Positions 1 through 10,104 of a stretch of DNA of 32,000 nucleotides are shown here, one piece after another. The DNA is taken from NCBI GenBank assembly GCA_038889235.1, contig JAWAHN010000001.1, positions 30,001 to 62,000 on the forward strand. Reading direction: 5' to 3'. The DNA comes from Candidatus Jordarchaeales archaeon. GTDB taxonomy: Archaea; Asgardarchaeota; Jordiarchaeia; Jordiarchaeales; Freyrarchaeaceae. The translations under genes and the position numbers were made by a program. Below the pieces are notes generated by a model. It was not told the origin of the DNA and ran no database searches. It worked only from the letters and a program-made list of their open reading frames with translations. The stretch's first letter is position 1. Each line of letters begins with the position of its first letter.

Positions 1-59
1 CTGAAACCTTTGAGAGGCTGCTTGTGTATGGTGGGCTAGTGCTTTACAGGGTTAAGTGA
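1..59 (+). CDS. 3' end of an upstream gene (partial), ...ETFERLLVYGGLVLYRVK*
   Basis: Open frame from 3 to TGA at 57-59, converging on the methyltransferase; too short to assign. Confidence 0.35.
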   Translation, partial: ETFERLLVYGGLVLYRVK

Positions 60-82
60 GCTCAGGAGCACACCCTCCTTTC

Positions 83-781
83 TCACATTTTTCTAGCTTT
101 GACTATGATTACGTCGCTCAGCGTCGGCATCAGGCTTCCGAGAGGGCTTAGGATGAACTTTTTGAAGGGCTCCTTCATCAAGGGACCTGGGGCTGGTAGG
201 AAGTTGCCTGTCAGCTTTTCGACCTTGAAGCCGTGCCGTCTTAGTTGGAGCTTAAGCACGCCTGTAGTGTAGTAGCGGACGTGGCCGACGCCTTCATTAC
301 TGTACTGGAGGTGGTTTGGGTATTTTCCCAAGAGGAGCTTGACCCTGTTTGTGAGGGACGCGATGTTGGGCGTTGAGAGGATGAGCACGCCGCCCGGCTT
401 CAGCACCCTGTTTATCTCGCTCAGCAGAAAGTCGGTGTCTAGGACATGTTCTATTATTTCTTCAGCCCATACGGCGTCGAAGAAACAGTCCTCGAAGGGG
501 AGACCCTCCTCCACGTTGTGGCGCACGCATTTCACGCCGCGCTCCGCGGCCACCTTGTAGGACTCCGAGAGCTCGACACCGTAGCACTCCCACCCTGCTT
601 TCATTAGTGGGAGCATGGCTCCGCCTGCGAGGCAGCCGACGTCGAGTATCCTTCCAGGACGCTCGTCTTCGAGAAGCTTGTAGGACTTAAGGAAGCGGTA
701 CTTGTCGAGCTCCCACGTGAGTAGCTCGATGAAGCGCCAGCCTTCGCTGTAAAAGTTGAGCGCGCGGTGGTCGCTCCTCAA
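83..781 (-). CDS. Class I SAM-dependent methyltransferase (Methyltransf_11 / MetW-like)
   Basis: Motif I ILDVGCLAGG, post-I YGVELS, LPFEDCFFDAVWAEEIIEHV, and RVLKPGGVLILSTPN; TTG start. Confidence 0.9.
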   Translation of the reverse strand: MRSDHRALNFYSEGWRFIELLTWELDKYRFLKSYKLLEDERPGRILDVGCLAGGAMLPLMKAGWECYGVELSESYKVAAERGVKCVRHNVEEGLPFEDCFFDAVWAEEIIEHVLDTDFLLSEINRVLKPGGVLILSTPNIASLTNRVKLLLGKYPNHLQYSNEGVGHVRYYTTGVLKLQLRRHGFKVEKLTGNFLPAPGPLMKEPFKKFILSPLGSLMPTLSDVIIVKARKM

Positions 782-867
782 CTTACGCCACCAGTAAATA
801 GTTTTTTCTGGGTAAGTTATAAAAGCATGGTCTTCGAAGCTACGAGCGGTACCCGGGGGGGTTCGAC

Positions 868-2676
868 ATGTGGCACGACGTTTTCACTAGGCTCAGAGAT
901 GCCCGCCTCGACTTAAGGTTTGGAGACGACGTTCTAGGAGTTTTAGCCGTGATTCCAGCGGTTTACGGTGACTTCGAGAATGCTGTAGAAGTGCTGAGCA
1001 GGATAAGAGACGAGCACACCTACATCGCTGCCTCGCTGAGGGTTGCCGTCGAGCTTTTCTGGAAGGGGGACGTTGACAGGGCTGAGATGCTGGTCAACGA
1101 GTGCGTGGACCACGTGGAGAAACTTGGTTCAGTCGATTTAATGGCGCTTGTCCCAAGCGTCGCGTATGCTAAAACGCTTATTGGGGGTTTACAGGAGGGG
1201 GTTGCCGTCGCCTACAAGGCTGAGGGGGTGTGGCTCTGCCGCGCAATACTAGCCGTCGCCTCGGCAGCCGCTGAGATGGGTGTAGGCGACCTCGAGCCGC
1301 TGCTCGGCGACCTTGAAGGCTGCCTTAAGCGGGTGTTCGACGAGGAAAGAGCACGAATACTCCTAGAGGCTGGAAGAACTATGCTTGAAGCCGGTAGGTG
1401 TGATGAAGCCAGAAAGCTGCTTGAAACGGCGGCCGAGGTTGCTATGAACCTCTACGACGGATTCTCGAAGAGACTGATTCTCTCGGAGCTCGTCCCCTTA
1501 ATGATTGACGCCGGTTTGCTCGCAAAAGCCGTTGTTTTGTCAAGCGTCCTAGATCTGGCTGGCCTACAATTCCTGGAAGAAATCGGAGAAAAGGCTGGCC
1601 TACACGTCCTAGAGATGCCGTTGGACGCGCTTGACAGGTACGGGAGAGCGGTTCTGGTCCTAAGAGGGGCTGAGACAAGCTTGAGCAGGGAGGTTACTGT
1701 TAAGGCCTCCGAGTACATTGCGGCTGTTTCAGGTTGCCTGCGTTACCCTGAACTCCTAGCTAGGCTTGCCGCCGTGCAAGCGAAGATTGGGATGCGTGAG
1801 GGGGAGGAGGGTGCTGAAGCCGCTGTGAACGCGGCGAGGGGACTGCAGCTCGTAAGGGTCGCTGAGGCGGTCGCTGAGCACTATGCAAGCCACGCTGAGA
1901 GGGCGCTTGAGAAAGCTTGCAAAGAGGCTGAGGGCATGAAGGATGAGGAGAAAGTCCTAGTGTTGATGAGGGCGGCAGCAGTGTGGTCGAAGATTAAAAG
2001 GTTTGAGAGGGCGGTTGAGTGTTTTAGGGAGGCCGCTAGGCTGGTAGTTGAGCTTGGGTCGCATGAGCTTATCGTTGAGCTCTCTAGAAACCTAGCGTCG
2101 TGCGCGAGCCCGGAACTGGTGTTCGATCTGCTGAACCGGTTCCCCGATGTGGAAAGCAGGTTGGATCTTTTAGCCGGCACAGCCTACTTTCTTTTGAGGG
2201 AGGGCAAGGAGTACGGGGTTGAGCTGGCTGAAAAAGTCGCATCCATTGCGGGGGGAGCGGCGACACTGCTTGTGGCGAGGTTGGCCGCCCTCCTTTCAAG
2301 GGTGGGGAGGGTGCGAGAAGCGGGGAGGCTAGTTCCAGCTGTAGTTGAGGAAGTGGTGAGGGGGGCTGAGGGGAGGAGTTCGAACGTCCAGCGCTTTTTA
2401 GGCATCATACTGGAGATTATGCCACGCTTGAAGCTGCGCTTCACGGGGGATGAAGAGGCTCTCTTGGTCAACGAAGGGGGGAGCTGCCTCAACATGGTTA
2501 TAAAACAAAAGGATTTCACGCTGCCTCTTGGTGAGCTAAAAAGTGGGGGGAGTGTGGTTTTAAACTTGAAGGGGCTTCCCGCGCCCACCGGGGAAGTTAA
2601 AGTGGTTTTTGAGGACGCTTTCGGCGTTGAGGAGTGCACGCTAAGGATTCCCCTAGCCAGGCAGCTGGGAACGTGA
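868..2676 (+). CDS. TPR-like alpha-solenoid protein with a C-terminal beta-rich (Ig-like) domain
   Basis: About 500 aa of Ala/Leu/Glu-rich helical repeats (e.g. AAEVAMNLYDGFSKRLILSELV, FERAVECFREAARL), then about 80 aa of alternating beta-strand pattern; ATG start and coding-like composition. Confidence 0.7.
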   Translation: MWHDVFTRLRDARLDLRFGDDVLGVLAVIPAVYGDFENAVEVLSRIRDEHTYIAASLRVAVELFWKGDVDRAEMLVNECVDHVEKLGSVDLMALVPSVAYAKTLIGGLQEGVAVAYKAEGVWLCRAILAVASAAAEMGVGDLEPLLGDLEGCLKRVFDEERARILLEAGRTMLEAGRCDEARKLLETAAEVAMNLYDGFSKRLILSELVPLMIDAGLLAKAVVLSSVLDLAGLQFLEEIGEKAGLHVLEMPLDALDRYGRAVLVLRGAETSLSREVTVKASEYIAAVSGCLRYPELLARLAAVQAKIGMREGEEGAEAAVNAARGLQLVRVAEAVAEHYASHAERALEKACKEAEGMKDEEKVLVLMRAAAVWSKIKRFERAVECFREAARLVVELGSHELIVELSRNLASCASPELVFDLLNRFPDVESRLDLLAGTAYFLLREGKEYGVELAEKVASIAGGAATLLVARLAALLSRVGRVREAGRLVPAVVEEVVRGAEGRSSNVQRFLGIILEIMPRLKLRFTGDEEALLVNEGGSCLNMVIKQKDFTLPLGELKSGGSVVLNLKGLPAPTGEVKVVFEDAFGVEECTLRIPLARQLGT

Positions 2677-2732
2677 GTTGTGGATAAGCTGGTTAACCAG
2701 GTGGCTGCGGCGTGAGACGCTCGTTCCCGGGT

Positions 2733-3449
2733 TTACGTGTGTGGTTTCGATACGAAGTAGCTTTCGAGCCTACCTGCAAGCGTGGCCCTCGCCACCTTGT
2801 CAGTGGCTTTTACTGCTTCTTCGAGGAGGCTCACCGGGACTCCTGGAACACCGTATGCTATGAGGAGCGCTTCGCGCGTGTCCTCGGTTACCTTTGTCCT
2901 CTCCGAGTCTCTGTGAGGGTATATCGAGATTATTCCTTCGTGGTCTGAGACTACTACTTCGTTCCCATTCAGCGGCTTCGGGGCCGGCATCCCTATTCCC
3001 TGAAAGAGCTCACCCGGCTCCGCGAACCTTACAACGAGTCCGCCTCTAATCTTCCCCATGTCGTAGGCTCCCAGAGTGATTCCAGTCATAGCTGACGCGA
3101 GGTTGTAGGCGTTCACGAACTTGTTCACGCGCCAGATGTTTCCGCCGCCGAGAACCCTACGTATGAGGGCCTCTGACGCCGGCCTCTGCTTCGTCGGGTC
3201 TATTGAGAGACGCCAGTAAAAGTCCCTGTAAGCTCTAATTATCGGGTCGTTTTTAAGCGATTCAAGCGTGTACTTCCGCTTTATATCCTCGAATACCTCG
3301 ACTTCCAGCTTCTCTATTTCGTCGAAGCGCTTTTCAGCGTTGACGTCGACGAATCTCGCTACGACTATTACGAGTGAAGGATATGAGGATGCAACCCGGG
3401 GATGCCACTTAACGTCGATGAAGCCGCCCACGTGCAACGAGACCACCAT
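2733..3449 (-). CDS. Stand-alone B3/B4 domain protein (PheRS beta editing domain-like, putative tRNA trans-editing factor)
   Basis: YRDFYWRLSIDPTKQRPASEALIRR, VNAYNLAS, LGAYDMGKI, SDHEGIISIYPHRDSERTKVT are typical of stand-alone B3/4 proteins; the other PheT domains are absent. Confidence 0.88.
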   Translation of the reverse strand: MVVSLHVGGFIDVKWHPRVASSYPSLVIVVARFVDVNAEKRFDEIEKLEVEVFEDIKRKYTLESLKNDPIIRAYRDFYWRLSIDPTKQRPASEALIRRVLGGGNIWRVNKFVNAYNLASAMTGITLGAYDMGKIRGGLVVRFAEPGELFQGIGMPAPKPLNGNEVVVSDHEGIISIYPHRDSERTKVTEDTREALLIAYGVPGVPVSLLEEAVKATDKVARATLAGRLESYFVSKPHT

Positions 3450-3516
3450 AAGGCGGTACGAGAGAAAAGGAGATATGCTTTTGGGTTGATGCGAAAATTA
3501 GGTGGAGGGAGCGAAA

Positions 3517-4272
3517 ATGAAGGTCGTCTACCATGAAAAGTACAGAACCGTTTACTCCAGTGACCCTGCTTCAGCCCCGGGGAGAATAGAGGCGATATAC
3601 GAGGCGTTAAAGGACGAGTTCGAGTTCGTCGAGGCGAGGCCGGCCAGTGAGAAAGACTTGGAGCTGATACACGAGAGACACCACATAGACTATGTTAAAC
3701 GGGACAGTCTTTTATTCGAAGTGGCGTTGCTCGCAGTTGGAGGAGCCATAATGGCGTCGGAGATAGCCATGGAGGGTGACGCTGCCTTCGGCCTCATAAG
3801 GCCTCCCGGACACCATGCGAGCCCCGGGTCTAGTTGGGGTTTCTGCTACTTCAACAACATAGCGATAGCTGTGGAGAGGCTCATAAGAAGGGGGGAAGTC
3901 AAGAGGGTTCTCATAGTGGACTTCGACCTCCACTACGGTGACGGGACGGACAACGCGTTCTCCGGGAGAACGGACGTCAAATACATACACCCCGAGGGCG
4001 ACAGCAGAGAGGTTTACATGGAAAACACTAGGATGGCGCTCTCCCTGCTAAGAGGGGACTTCGACCTCCTAGGCGTGTCCGCTGGGTTCGACAGGCATGT
4101 GGAAGACTGGGGCGGACTACTCACCACGGAAGATTACAAGGAGCTGGGCGTTGTTCTGAGAGAGTTTTCGGAGGAGAGGTGCAAGGGTAGAAGGTTCGCA
4201 GTCCTGGAAGGAGGGTACAACCACAAGGTTCTGGGGAGGAACGTGAAAGCCTTCCTCGAGGGATTTAAGTGA
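3517..4272 (+). CDS. Histone deacetylase family (AcuC/HDAC-type) Zn-dependent deacetylase
   Basis: RPPGHHA, GFCYFNNIAIA, DFDLHYGDGT, SAGFD and LEGGY motifs. ATG 3517 follows GGAGG; the frame opens at GTG 3502. Confidence 0.93.
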   Translation: MKVVYHEKYRTVYSSDPASAPGRIEAIYEALKDEFEFVEARPASEKDLELIHERHHIDYVKRDSLLFEVALLAVGGAIMASEIAMEGDAAFGLIRPPGHHASPGSSWGFCYFNNIAIAVERLIRRGEVKRVLIVDFDLHYGDGTDNAFSGRTDVKYIHPEGDSREVYMENTRMALSLLRGDFDLLGVSAGFDRHVEDWGGLLTTEDYKELGVVLREFSEERCKGRRFAVLEGGYNHKVLGRNVKAFLEGFK

Positions 4273-4406
4273 GCTTTCAGGTACAGAAAAATTCGCGCTT
4301 CCACTTAAAACGGCTCGGGGGTCGCGTGACATGCAGTAAGAAATTTAGCCAGCGTTTTCTTTAAGTTTGTTTGTGGGGTTGTAGCGTGCTGCTCGGGGGT
4401 GGGGGG

Positions 4407-5528
4407 TTGGCTGTACAGCTGAGGGAGAAAATAGTCGATTTCGTTCGGGGAAACGTGAAGTTGTCCATGATTATGGAGGAGGGCTTGGGCGACGTCGTGG
4501 GGTTGATTAGTGAACCCTATGAGCACTTCCTTTCGAGACGTCTACAAGACTTATTAATGAGGCAGTATGAGGGCGCTTACCTCTTACTGAGCTTCCTGGA
4601 GAACTACGTCTCCACGTGCCTTACCGTTAAAAGGCTTTTCCTGGACGTGCTTTACAGTTTAGGGTTGGCGGATGATTACCGCAACGTGCTACAAGACGGC
4701 AGCTTCTTCGATAGGGTTAGAGTAAGTGTGCCAGACGAAACTTTCCTGAGACTGTACTTGAAGGCGTCGATAAACGCCCTAGCCCCCTCCATAGACTCAA
4801 CACTCAATGAGCTACCCCTAGGGAAGCTGGAGGAGGAAGCTAGAAGGTTTGAATCTAGGTTTCTACAAGAGCTTATTTTAATGGCCAGAGTGCAGTCTGA
4901 CCGCTGGAACATGTGCAGGGAAGACTTAAGCACACTATTGGAGAAGATTGAAGCCGGAAATACTGGAGAGGTGGTCGAGGCAGTAATGAGCATTCTCAAG
5001 ACGTTGAGGCCCTCCGTTGTGGAAGCAGAGGGGTTGCTTAGATGTATGGCGTCTAAGCTAGGTGCCGGCGAGGAGGGTGAGGTTATCTCGCTTATGGGAG
5101 AGGTGTTAAGGGAGTTCAAGAACTTCGTCGAGAGGTGGGAGGAGGCGCACAGGACTGCTGTGAACTATTTGAGGTTCGTCATAACTATGGTTTGGGGTGA
5201 CGTTAAAGAAGGATTAGAAAAATTGAAGAGAGTTGTCAAGGGAGAAAGCGTTGAAGAGCTGGTTCCCAAGAAGCTAGCCCCGATGGATGTCGCCTTTGCA
5301 GCTTCTCGGGCGATGATAGAGCTGGGAGAGGCAGTCGACATAAGTAAAGCGCAGATGGAGAATTTCCATTTCTTCCTTTTGGCTGCAGATCTGCTTGAAA
5401 GCCCCCTTTTAGCGTCGGCTGCGAGGAACATGGAAAAGAGGTTTAGGGCGCTCTGCGAGTTTCAGCAGGAAATGTTCGAAGAGCTTGAAGAGATAAGAAT
5501 GCTGGCGGAAGAACAAGCCCGACTGTGA
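4407..5528 (+). CDS. Hypothetical all-alpha-helical protein
   Basis: Long ORF (frame opens at 4371) with Glu/Leu-rich amphipathic helices; TTG 4407 follows a G-rich SD-like run; no motif recognised. Confidence 0.75.
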   Translation: MAVQLREKIVDFVRGNVKLSMIMEEGLGDVVGLISEPYEHFLSRRLQDLLMRQYEGAYLLLSFLENYVSTCLTVKRLFLDVLYSLGLADDYRNVLQDGSFFDRVRVSVPDETFLRLYLKASINALAPSIDSTLNELPLGKLEEEARRFESRFLQELILMARVQSDRWNMCREDLSTLLEKIEAGNTGEVVEAVMSILKTLRPSVVEAEGLLRCMASKLGAGEEGEVISLMGEVLREFKNFVERWEEAHRTAVNYLRFVITMVWGDVKEGLEKLKRVVKGESVEELVPKKLAPMDVAFAASRAMIELGEAVDISKAQMENFHFFLLAADLLESPLLASAARNMEKRFRALCEFQQEMFEELEEIRMLAEEQARL

Positions 5529-5659
5529 TTCGTTCTAAGAAAGTTGGGCGTCGTATGGTGACAGGTTAGATGCTAGAGTGGATGGCAACATTTAAGCGCA
5601 TACTTCGCGTCGAACAGCGGTTCATGTTTTAGTGCGCAAGCCCCCTTCCAAACCTGCTC

Positions 5660-6574
5660 TCACAAGCGTTGTCTGAGGTGTTCGGGTTGGAGTAAGCGGC
5701 GGCCTAGCTCCGGGTCTGATTCAAGTATGTCTATGTGGAGGTCTAAGAAGTTTAGGAGGTCTTCCTTATCTTCAGGAAGCTTACCGTTGACTGGCAGGTA
5801 GTTGGAAACGTGGTCGCTCAAGAACCAGCTTGAAACGTTCAGCCTTTCTATTAGGAGCCTCGTCTCTTTTAGCACTTCAAGGGGGGAGGAAACCTTGAAC
5901 TCCCCGCTGGCAACCTTCTCGTAGAGGGGGGTTCCGGGTATCGGGACGAGGGTTCTAACTCTTATGAAGGTCGGGTTTATCTTATTCAGCGCCTTAGCAG
6001 TCTCCACAGCGTGTTTCTCCCATCCGTCTCTCCCACCCAGACCGAGTATGACGTACTCCGTGAGCTCGAAGCCAGCTTCCATAGCCTTCCTTCCTGCCTC
6101 CACCATTTCGCTCGACGTGGCACCCTTACACATGTACTTCAAAAGCTGGTCGTCGCCGGTCTCAAGACCTACATGCAACCTGGTTAGCCCCGCCTCTCTG
6201 AGCGCTACGAGATCCTCTATGGGCTTGCGAAGTATTGTCTTAGCCCTAGCGTAGCTCGTTATCCTCTTTAGACCCGGGAAAACTTCGCGGGCGAACCTTA
6301 GTACTTCGAGAAGCTCCTCTGTTTTCATCACAAGGGAGTTGCTGTCGCCGATGAACATTGTTGGGCGTGGGCCGAAAATGCTTCTAGCGGCCAAAATGTC
6401 CCTCTTGATTTCCTCGACCGACTTGCGGGAGAAACGCATACCCTTATACATGATGCAGAAAGCACACTTGTTCCACGGGCAGCCACGGGTAGCCCTCAGT
6501 AGGATGCTCTCAGCTTCGGATGGAGGTCTGAAGGGAGGGAAGTCGTAGCCCATCTCGGAAGACAATAAAATCAC
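5660..6574 (-). CDS. Radical SAM protein
   Basis: CxxxCxxC motif (CPWNKCAFC), FIGDSN, RLHVGLETG, YVILGLGG, PIPGTPLY; alternative start ATG 6553. Confidence 0.93.
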   Translation of the reverse strand: MILLSSEMGYDFPPFRPPSEAESILLRATRGCPWNKCAFCIMYKGMRFSRKSVEEIKRDILAARSIFGPRPTMFIGDSNSLVMKTEELLEVLRFAREVFPGLKRITSYARAKTILRKPIEDLVALREAGLTRLHVGLETGDDQLLKYMCKGATSSEMVEAGRKAMEAGFELTEYVILGLGGRDGWEKHAVETAKALNKINPTFIRVRTLVPIPGTPLYEKVASGEFKVSSPLEVLKETRLLIERLNVSSWFLSDHVSNYLPVNGKLPEDKEDLLNFLDLHIDILESDPELGRRLLQPEHLRQRL

Positions 6575-6679
6575 CAGAACACGTTTAAGCTCAGATACCT
6601 TTAAAGGATTACCTCTCCACCAGCTGCCACTATAAAAAGTTGGGAGGGTAGGTTGTTTCAGCTAGCGGTGAAAGCCTCC

Positions 6680-7159
6680 TTAGGAGTAAACAAGGTATTC
6701 CTTCTTTTTTAGCCCTACGGCCACCTCTGCGACGTATACTAGGGCGGTTGCCGCCGTAACGTAAGCTAGGAGCATTATGACGCCCCTGACGTCCAATAGG
6801 GCGGTGACGCCAACCCCCTGCACGACAGACTCGATAGGGTAGAATGTGTTGACGAAGAGCAGACCTGGGAACGAGGACAGCCACAGTGCAGTTGCGAGGC
6901 TTCTAGCAACACCTGCCACGCCATGCCACACGCATTCCCCTCTGAGCAAGCCCATTGGGAAAAGCGTGCCCGCAGCAGCGACACCAAAGAGAACAACGGG
7001 GACGGGGTTGAAGGGGTAGAAAATCCCCCACTTCAACAACACTTGCTGGGATAAATCCACGACCCACAGGGGGGCGACAACGTGCCCCAAAATTCCGAGA
7101 AGCATCCAAACGAAGCCTTTAACAAACGCCTTGCGCGCTCCCAAAGCCATCTCCCTCAA
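6680..7159 (-). CDS. Small polytopic membrane protein, unknown function
   Basis: About four hydrophobic segments; TTG start overlaps the upstream TGA (7156-7159), suggesting translational coupling. Confidence 0.7.
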   Translation of the reverse strand: MREMALGARKAFVKGFVWMLLGILGHVVAPLWVVDLSQQVLLKWGIFYPFNPVPVVLFGVAAAGTLFPMGLLRGECVWHGVAGVARSLATALWLSSFPGLLFVNTFYPIESVVQGVGVTALLDVRGVIMLLAYVTAATALVYVAEVAVGLKKKEYLVYS

Positions 7160-7953
7160 ATGCTAAACTCGTGGGTCAAGCTGAAGACGAACGGCTTAGT
7201 AAAGTTGAAGACCACGGTGTATGTTCCTGGAGGAAGAGAGGGGCTAGTCAAAGTATAGGTTATAGTTTCGTTGAAACTCCCTAGGGGTACGTTTTTAGAG
7301 TAGGGTGCATCGCTCGTTACTTTATCTCTAGTGGAGTTTAACACGTACGAGGTGAACTCAAGTTGGTATGGTTGAAACTTGTTTGTAAAGGAGAAGCTCA
7401 CGTTCACTTGAGTCGGCGAAATAACACTAACCTCGGTTATCGTGAAGTTGTAGAGAGGTGAACCTATTTTCAGGGGGATCCTGACCGCTCCTAGAAAGCC
7501 TATCCTCGAGTGGAGATACCTTAACGTTACGAGTGCCTCGTACTGAAAGTATAAGCTGGAGTTTATGAACCTCTCAATAACATCCTCAGTGGCGCCTGAA
7601 AAGTCGACGTAGAACGAAATTCTTAGTGGAATAATAGACTTAGCCGGGATCAGCGCGGCTACACGTGGAACCTCTATCAGCGGCCTTCCAGAATCATCCA
7701 CCATCCTGAAGCGTATCAGAACATCGTTTATCGGGGAGAAACCCGCGTTGACCACCAAGACTGGAAGTGTCGCGTTGAATGCGCCTTCGCCTGTCTCCAC
7801 GGATGGATGTTCAAAGGGGGATGGAACCACGGCGACGTTCGGCGGCAGGAGAAAGAGGACGCCAAGCAGCAGGTAGAGGAATACTGATGCGATGGCGACG
7901 AAGCCGGCAAACTTCAAGATGCGCATGAGCCAAGCCAAGCTTCCACTCTTCAA
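7156..7953 (-). CDS. Membrane-anchored extracytoplasmic beta-rich protein, probably N-glycosylated
   Basis: N-terminal TM helix ([19 protein letters not shown]), then a Ser/Thr/Phe/Val-rich beta pattern with 7 N-x-S/T sequons. Confidence 0.72.
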   Translation of the reverse strand: MKSGSLAWLMRILKFAGFVAIASVFLYLLLGVLFLLPPNVAVVPSPFEHPSVETGEGAFNATLPVLVVNAGFSPINDVLIRFRMVDDSGRPLIEVPRVAALIPAKSIIPLRISFYVDFSGATEDVIERFINSSLYFQYEALVTLRYLHSRIGFLGAVRIPLKIGSPLYNFTITEVSVISPTQVNVSFSFTNKFQPYQLEFTSYVLNSTRDKVTSDAPYSKNVPLGSFNETITYTLTSPSLPPGTYTVVFNFTKPFVFSLTHEFSI

Positions 7954-8079
7954 ACTTTCCTCATAGCATTATGTAAGTAAGGCTTCCTAGGAAAATAAAG
8001 CTTTTTTATCGAGGAGGGGGTAGGGTTGAATGAAGACCTAAGCTTTGATCTTTCGAGGGCGCTGGAGGGAAGGTGACAG

Positions 8080-8685
8080 TTGGGGGAGAACGCGCTCAGG
8101 GCGCTGGAGGAGCTTAAGGCTAAAGCCGAGAAGTGCACCAAGTGTCCTTTGTCGTCCACGCGCAGGAAGGTGGTCTTCGGGGAGGGAGGAGTCGAGCTGC
8201 GTGTAATGATGATAGGTGAAGCCCCCGGGAGGGAGGAGGACGAGCAAGGTAGGCCGTTCGTTGGACGTGCCGGGAAGCTGCTTAACGAGTTGCTCCGCGG
8301 CGTCGGAGTAAGTAGGGAGAGCGTTTACATAACTAACGTGGTCAAATGTAGACCTCCGGGGAATAGGCCTCCAAGGGAAAGCGAGGTTGAAGCGTGCAGG
8401 GAGTACCTTTTAGGGCAAATTGACGCGGTAAAACCGAGGATCGTAGTGCTCCTGGGAGGGGTTGCACTTAAAGCAGTGCTCGGCGAAACGTGCTCTGTGA
8501 CCTCGGCCAGGGGGAAACTTGTGGAGAGAGAAGGGGTGGTCTTTCTCCCAACACTGCACCCTGCTTCAGCCCTATACAACCCTAGAAACAGGGAGCTGCT
8601 TGAAGAGGATATGAGGAGGTTCAGGGAGTTGCTCGACGGGTTAGTTCGCGGAGGAGGGGGGTGCCCTTCTCCTCTGGAGTGTTAA
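8080..8685 (+). CDS. Family 4 uracil-DNA glycosylase (Fe-S)
   Basis: [31 protein letters not shown] and HPAS motifs; TTG start after GGAAGGTGA. Confidence 0.95.
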   Translation: MGENALRALEELKAKAEKCTKCPLSSTRRKVVFGEGGVELRVMMIGEAPGREEDEQGRPFVGRAGKLLNELLRGVGVSRESVYITNVVKCRPPGNRPPRESEVEACREYLLGQIDAVKPRIVVLLGGVALKAVLGETCSVTSARGKLVEREGVVFLPTLHPASALYNPRNRELLEEDMRRFRELLDGLVRGGGGCPSPLEC

Positions 8686-9795
8686 GAGGAGGAATGATGC
8701 TAGGGCTGCCGCGCACCCTGCCACGGCAAAGATCATCGTCGACCTATAACCGTAAATTTGGCTTATGGTTCCTCCTATGATTGGGCCCACCGTGGTTGCA
8801 AGCCCTCTAACTGTTCCTAGGAAGCCTACAGCTGTCCCCCTTTCATTCCCCTTCTCTGCGACGTATGTTAGGGACCCTATGTAGAGGAGCGACCATGAGA
8901 GGGCAAGTAGCAGTTGCGCTGGAAGCACGTGGATGTAGCTCCCCGAGACCAGGTATGCGAGGAAGGTTACTGTTGAAAAGATGAGGCCCCAGGAGACGAG
9001 ACGACCGCTCCTAAACCTGTCTATAAGGGGCATTATTGCGAACTGGGAAAACGTGTTAATCGCGTATATTACGCCGATCCAGAATTCGTTCGCTCCTACC
9101 TCTTCTAAGAAAAGGGGGAAGATGGCCCACACCGCATTCGCGCTTGTGTGCCTAATGAGGAAGGAGACGTAAACCGGCAGCCCCCTTTTAATCACGTCCA
9201 CTGGGAGCAATGGTACTTCAAGCTTGACGTCTTTCACGTCGAGCTTTAGGGATATCAGGAACCCCAGCGCGAAGAGAGCGCCGGAAGAAATGAAAACGTC
9301 CCTGTAACTGTATGCGAACGATATGAAGAGGCTGCCGAAGCCCCATCCGAGCGCGCCGAAAGATATGAGGCGGCCGAGGCGGCCCCTTCTCTCGTACCCC
9401 TGCACTGCCAGCACGGTTGGGTAAACACCCGCACAGACCCCCGATAGACCTCTAACAACTAGAAGGTGAAGAGGGGTGGGGGATAACGCGTGAAGTGGGA
9501 ACACTATGGCTGCTATGGCCATGCTGGCCTTAAGCAGCTTCCCCCTACTGAAGACATCTGAAACCCACCCTGAAACATACGACGAGACGAGCAGAGACAA
9601 ACCATAGATGGCACCTATCAATCCTATTTCGAAGTTCGAGGCACCGAGAGATCTGGCGAAGAGAGGGGTAACCACGATTGAGGCTGAAACAGCACAGTCG
9701 GAGAGGAAGAGAGCAACGTCCTCCTTTAACTCTGAGACCAAAGTACGCTTACGCCAGTTCTCATACATGGAGACCACGCCCACTGCCACGTTCAC
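8641..9795 (-). CDS. MFS transporter
   Basis: About 12 hydrophobic segments; MFS motif A-like GWVSDVFSRG, second-half LIDRFRSG, and GPIIGG; alternative start ATG 9768. Confidence 0.9.
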   Translation of the reverse strand: MNVAVGVVSMYENWRKRTLVSELKEDVALFLSDCAVSASIVVTPLFARSLGASNFEIGLIGAIYGLSLLVSSYVSGWVSDVFSRGKLLKASMAIAAIVFPLHALSPTPLHLLVVRGLSGVCAGVYPTVLAVQGYERRGRLGRLISFGALGWGFGSLFISFAYSYRDVFISSGALFALGFLISLKLDVKDVKLEVPLLPVDVIKRGLPVYVSFLIRHTSANAVWAIFPLFLEEVGANEFWIGVIYAINTFSQFAIMPLIDRFRSGRLVSWGLIFSTVTFLAYLVSGSYIHVLPAQLLLALSWSLLYIGSLTYVAEKGNERGTAVGFLGTVRGLATTVGPIIGGTISQIYGYRSTMIFAVAGCAAALASFLLLTLQRRRAPPSSAN

Positions 9796-10104
9796 GTCTT
9801 CCGCAGCACTCTTACAATACGCAAAGGCTGCATCTTTTAGACTTCAGGAGAGCCTTCGCACTCCTAACCTAGAGAGGAGCACTAAATTTTTCGTCCAACT
9901 TTCCCAGAGGGAATGAACACCCGTCCTTTAAGTCCCTAAATCGCGGGCATCCTTTAAACGTTTCTAGCAACTTTACGAATCCTACCGCACAACAGAAGAA
10001 CCCATACAAGTAAAGTAAAACCTGCCACTTTTTTCACAGAAAGCAGGCAAATAGAAAGATGCTGCGAAAAGCCGAACGCCCCCCGGGGATCTGGCAGAAA
10101 GAGT

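Noticed and set aside
2733-3449. pheT (PheRS beta subunit)
   Set aside because: Only the B3/4 domain (238 aa) is present; B5, the catalytic-like domain and the pheS neighbour are absent.
5660-6574. HemN/MiaB/Elp3 specific assignment
   Set aside because: Only the radical SAM core is visible; no TRAM, UPF0004, B12-binding or HAT domain.
8641-8685. 45-bp convergent overlap of UDG and MFS as a sign of frameshift
   Set aside because: Both proteins are complete with all motifs; convergent 3' overlaps also occur at 28827-28830 and 30933-30936.
10021-10047. CCTGC...GCAGG hairpin as a terminator or ncRNA
   Set aside because: Short bulged stem with no convincing U-tract or tRNA/riboswitch features.
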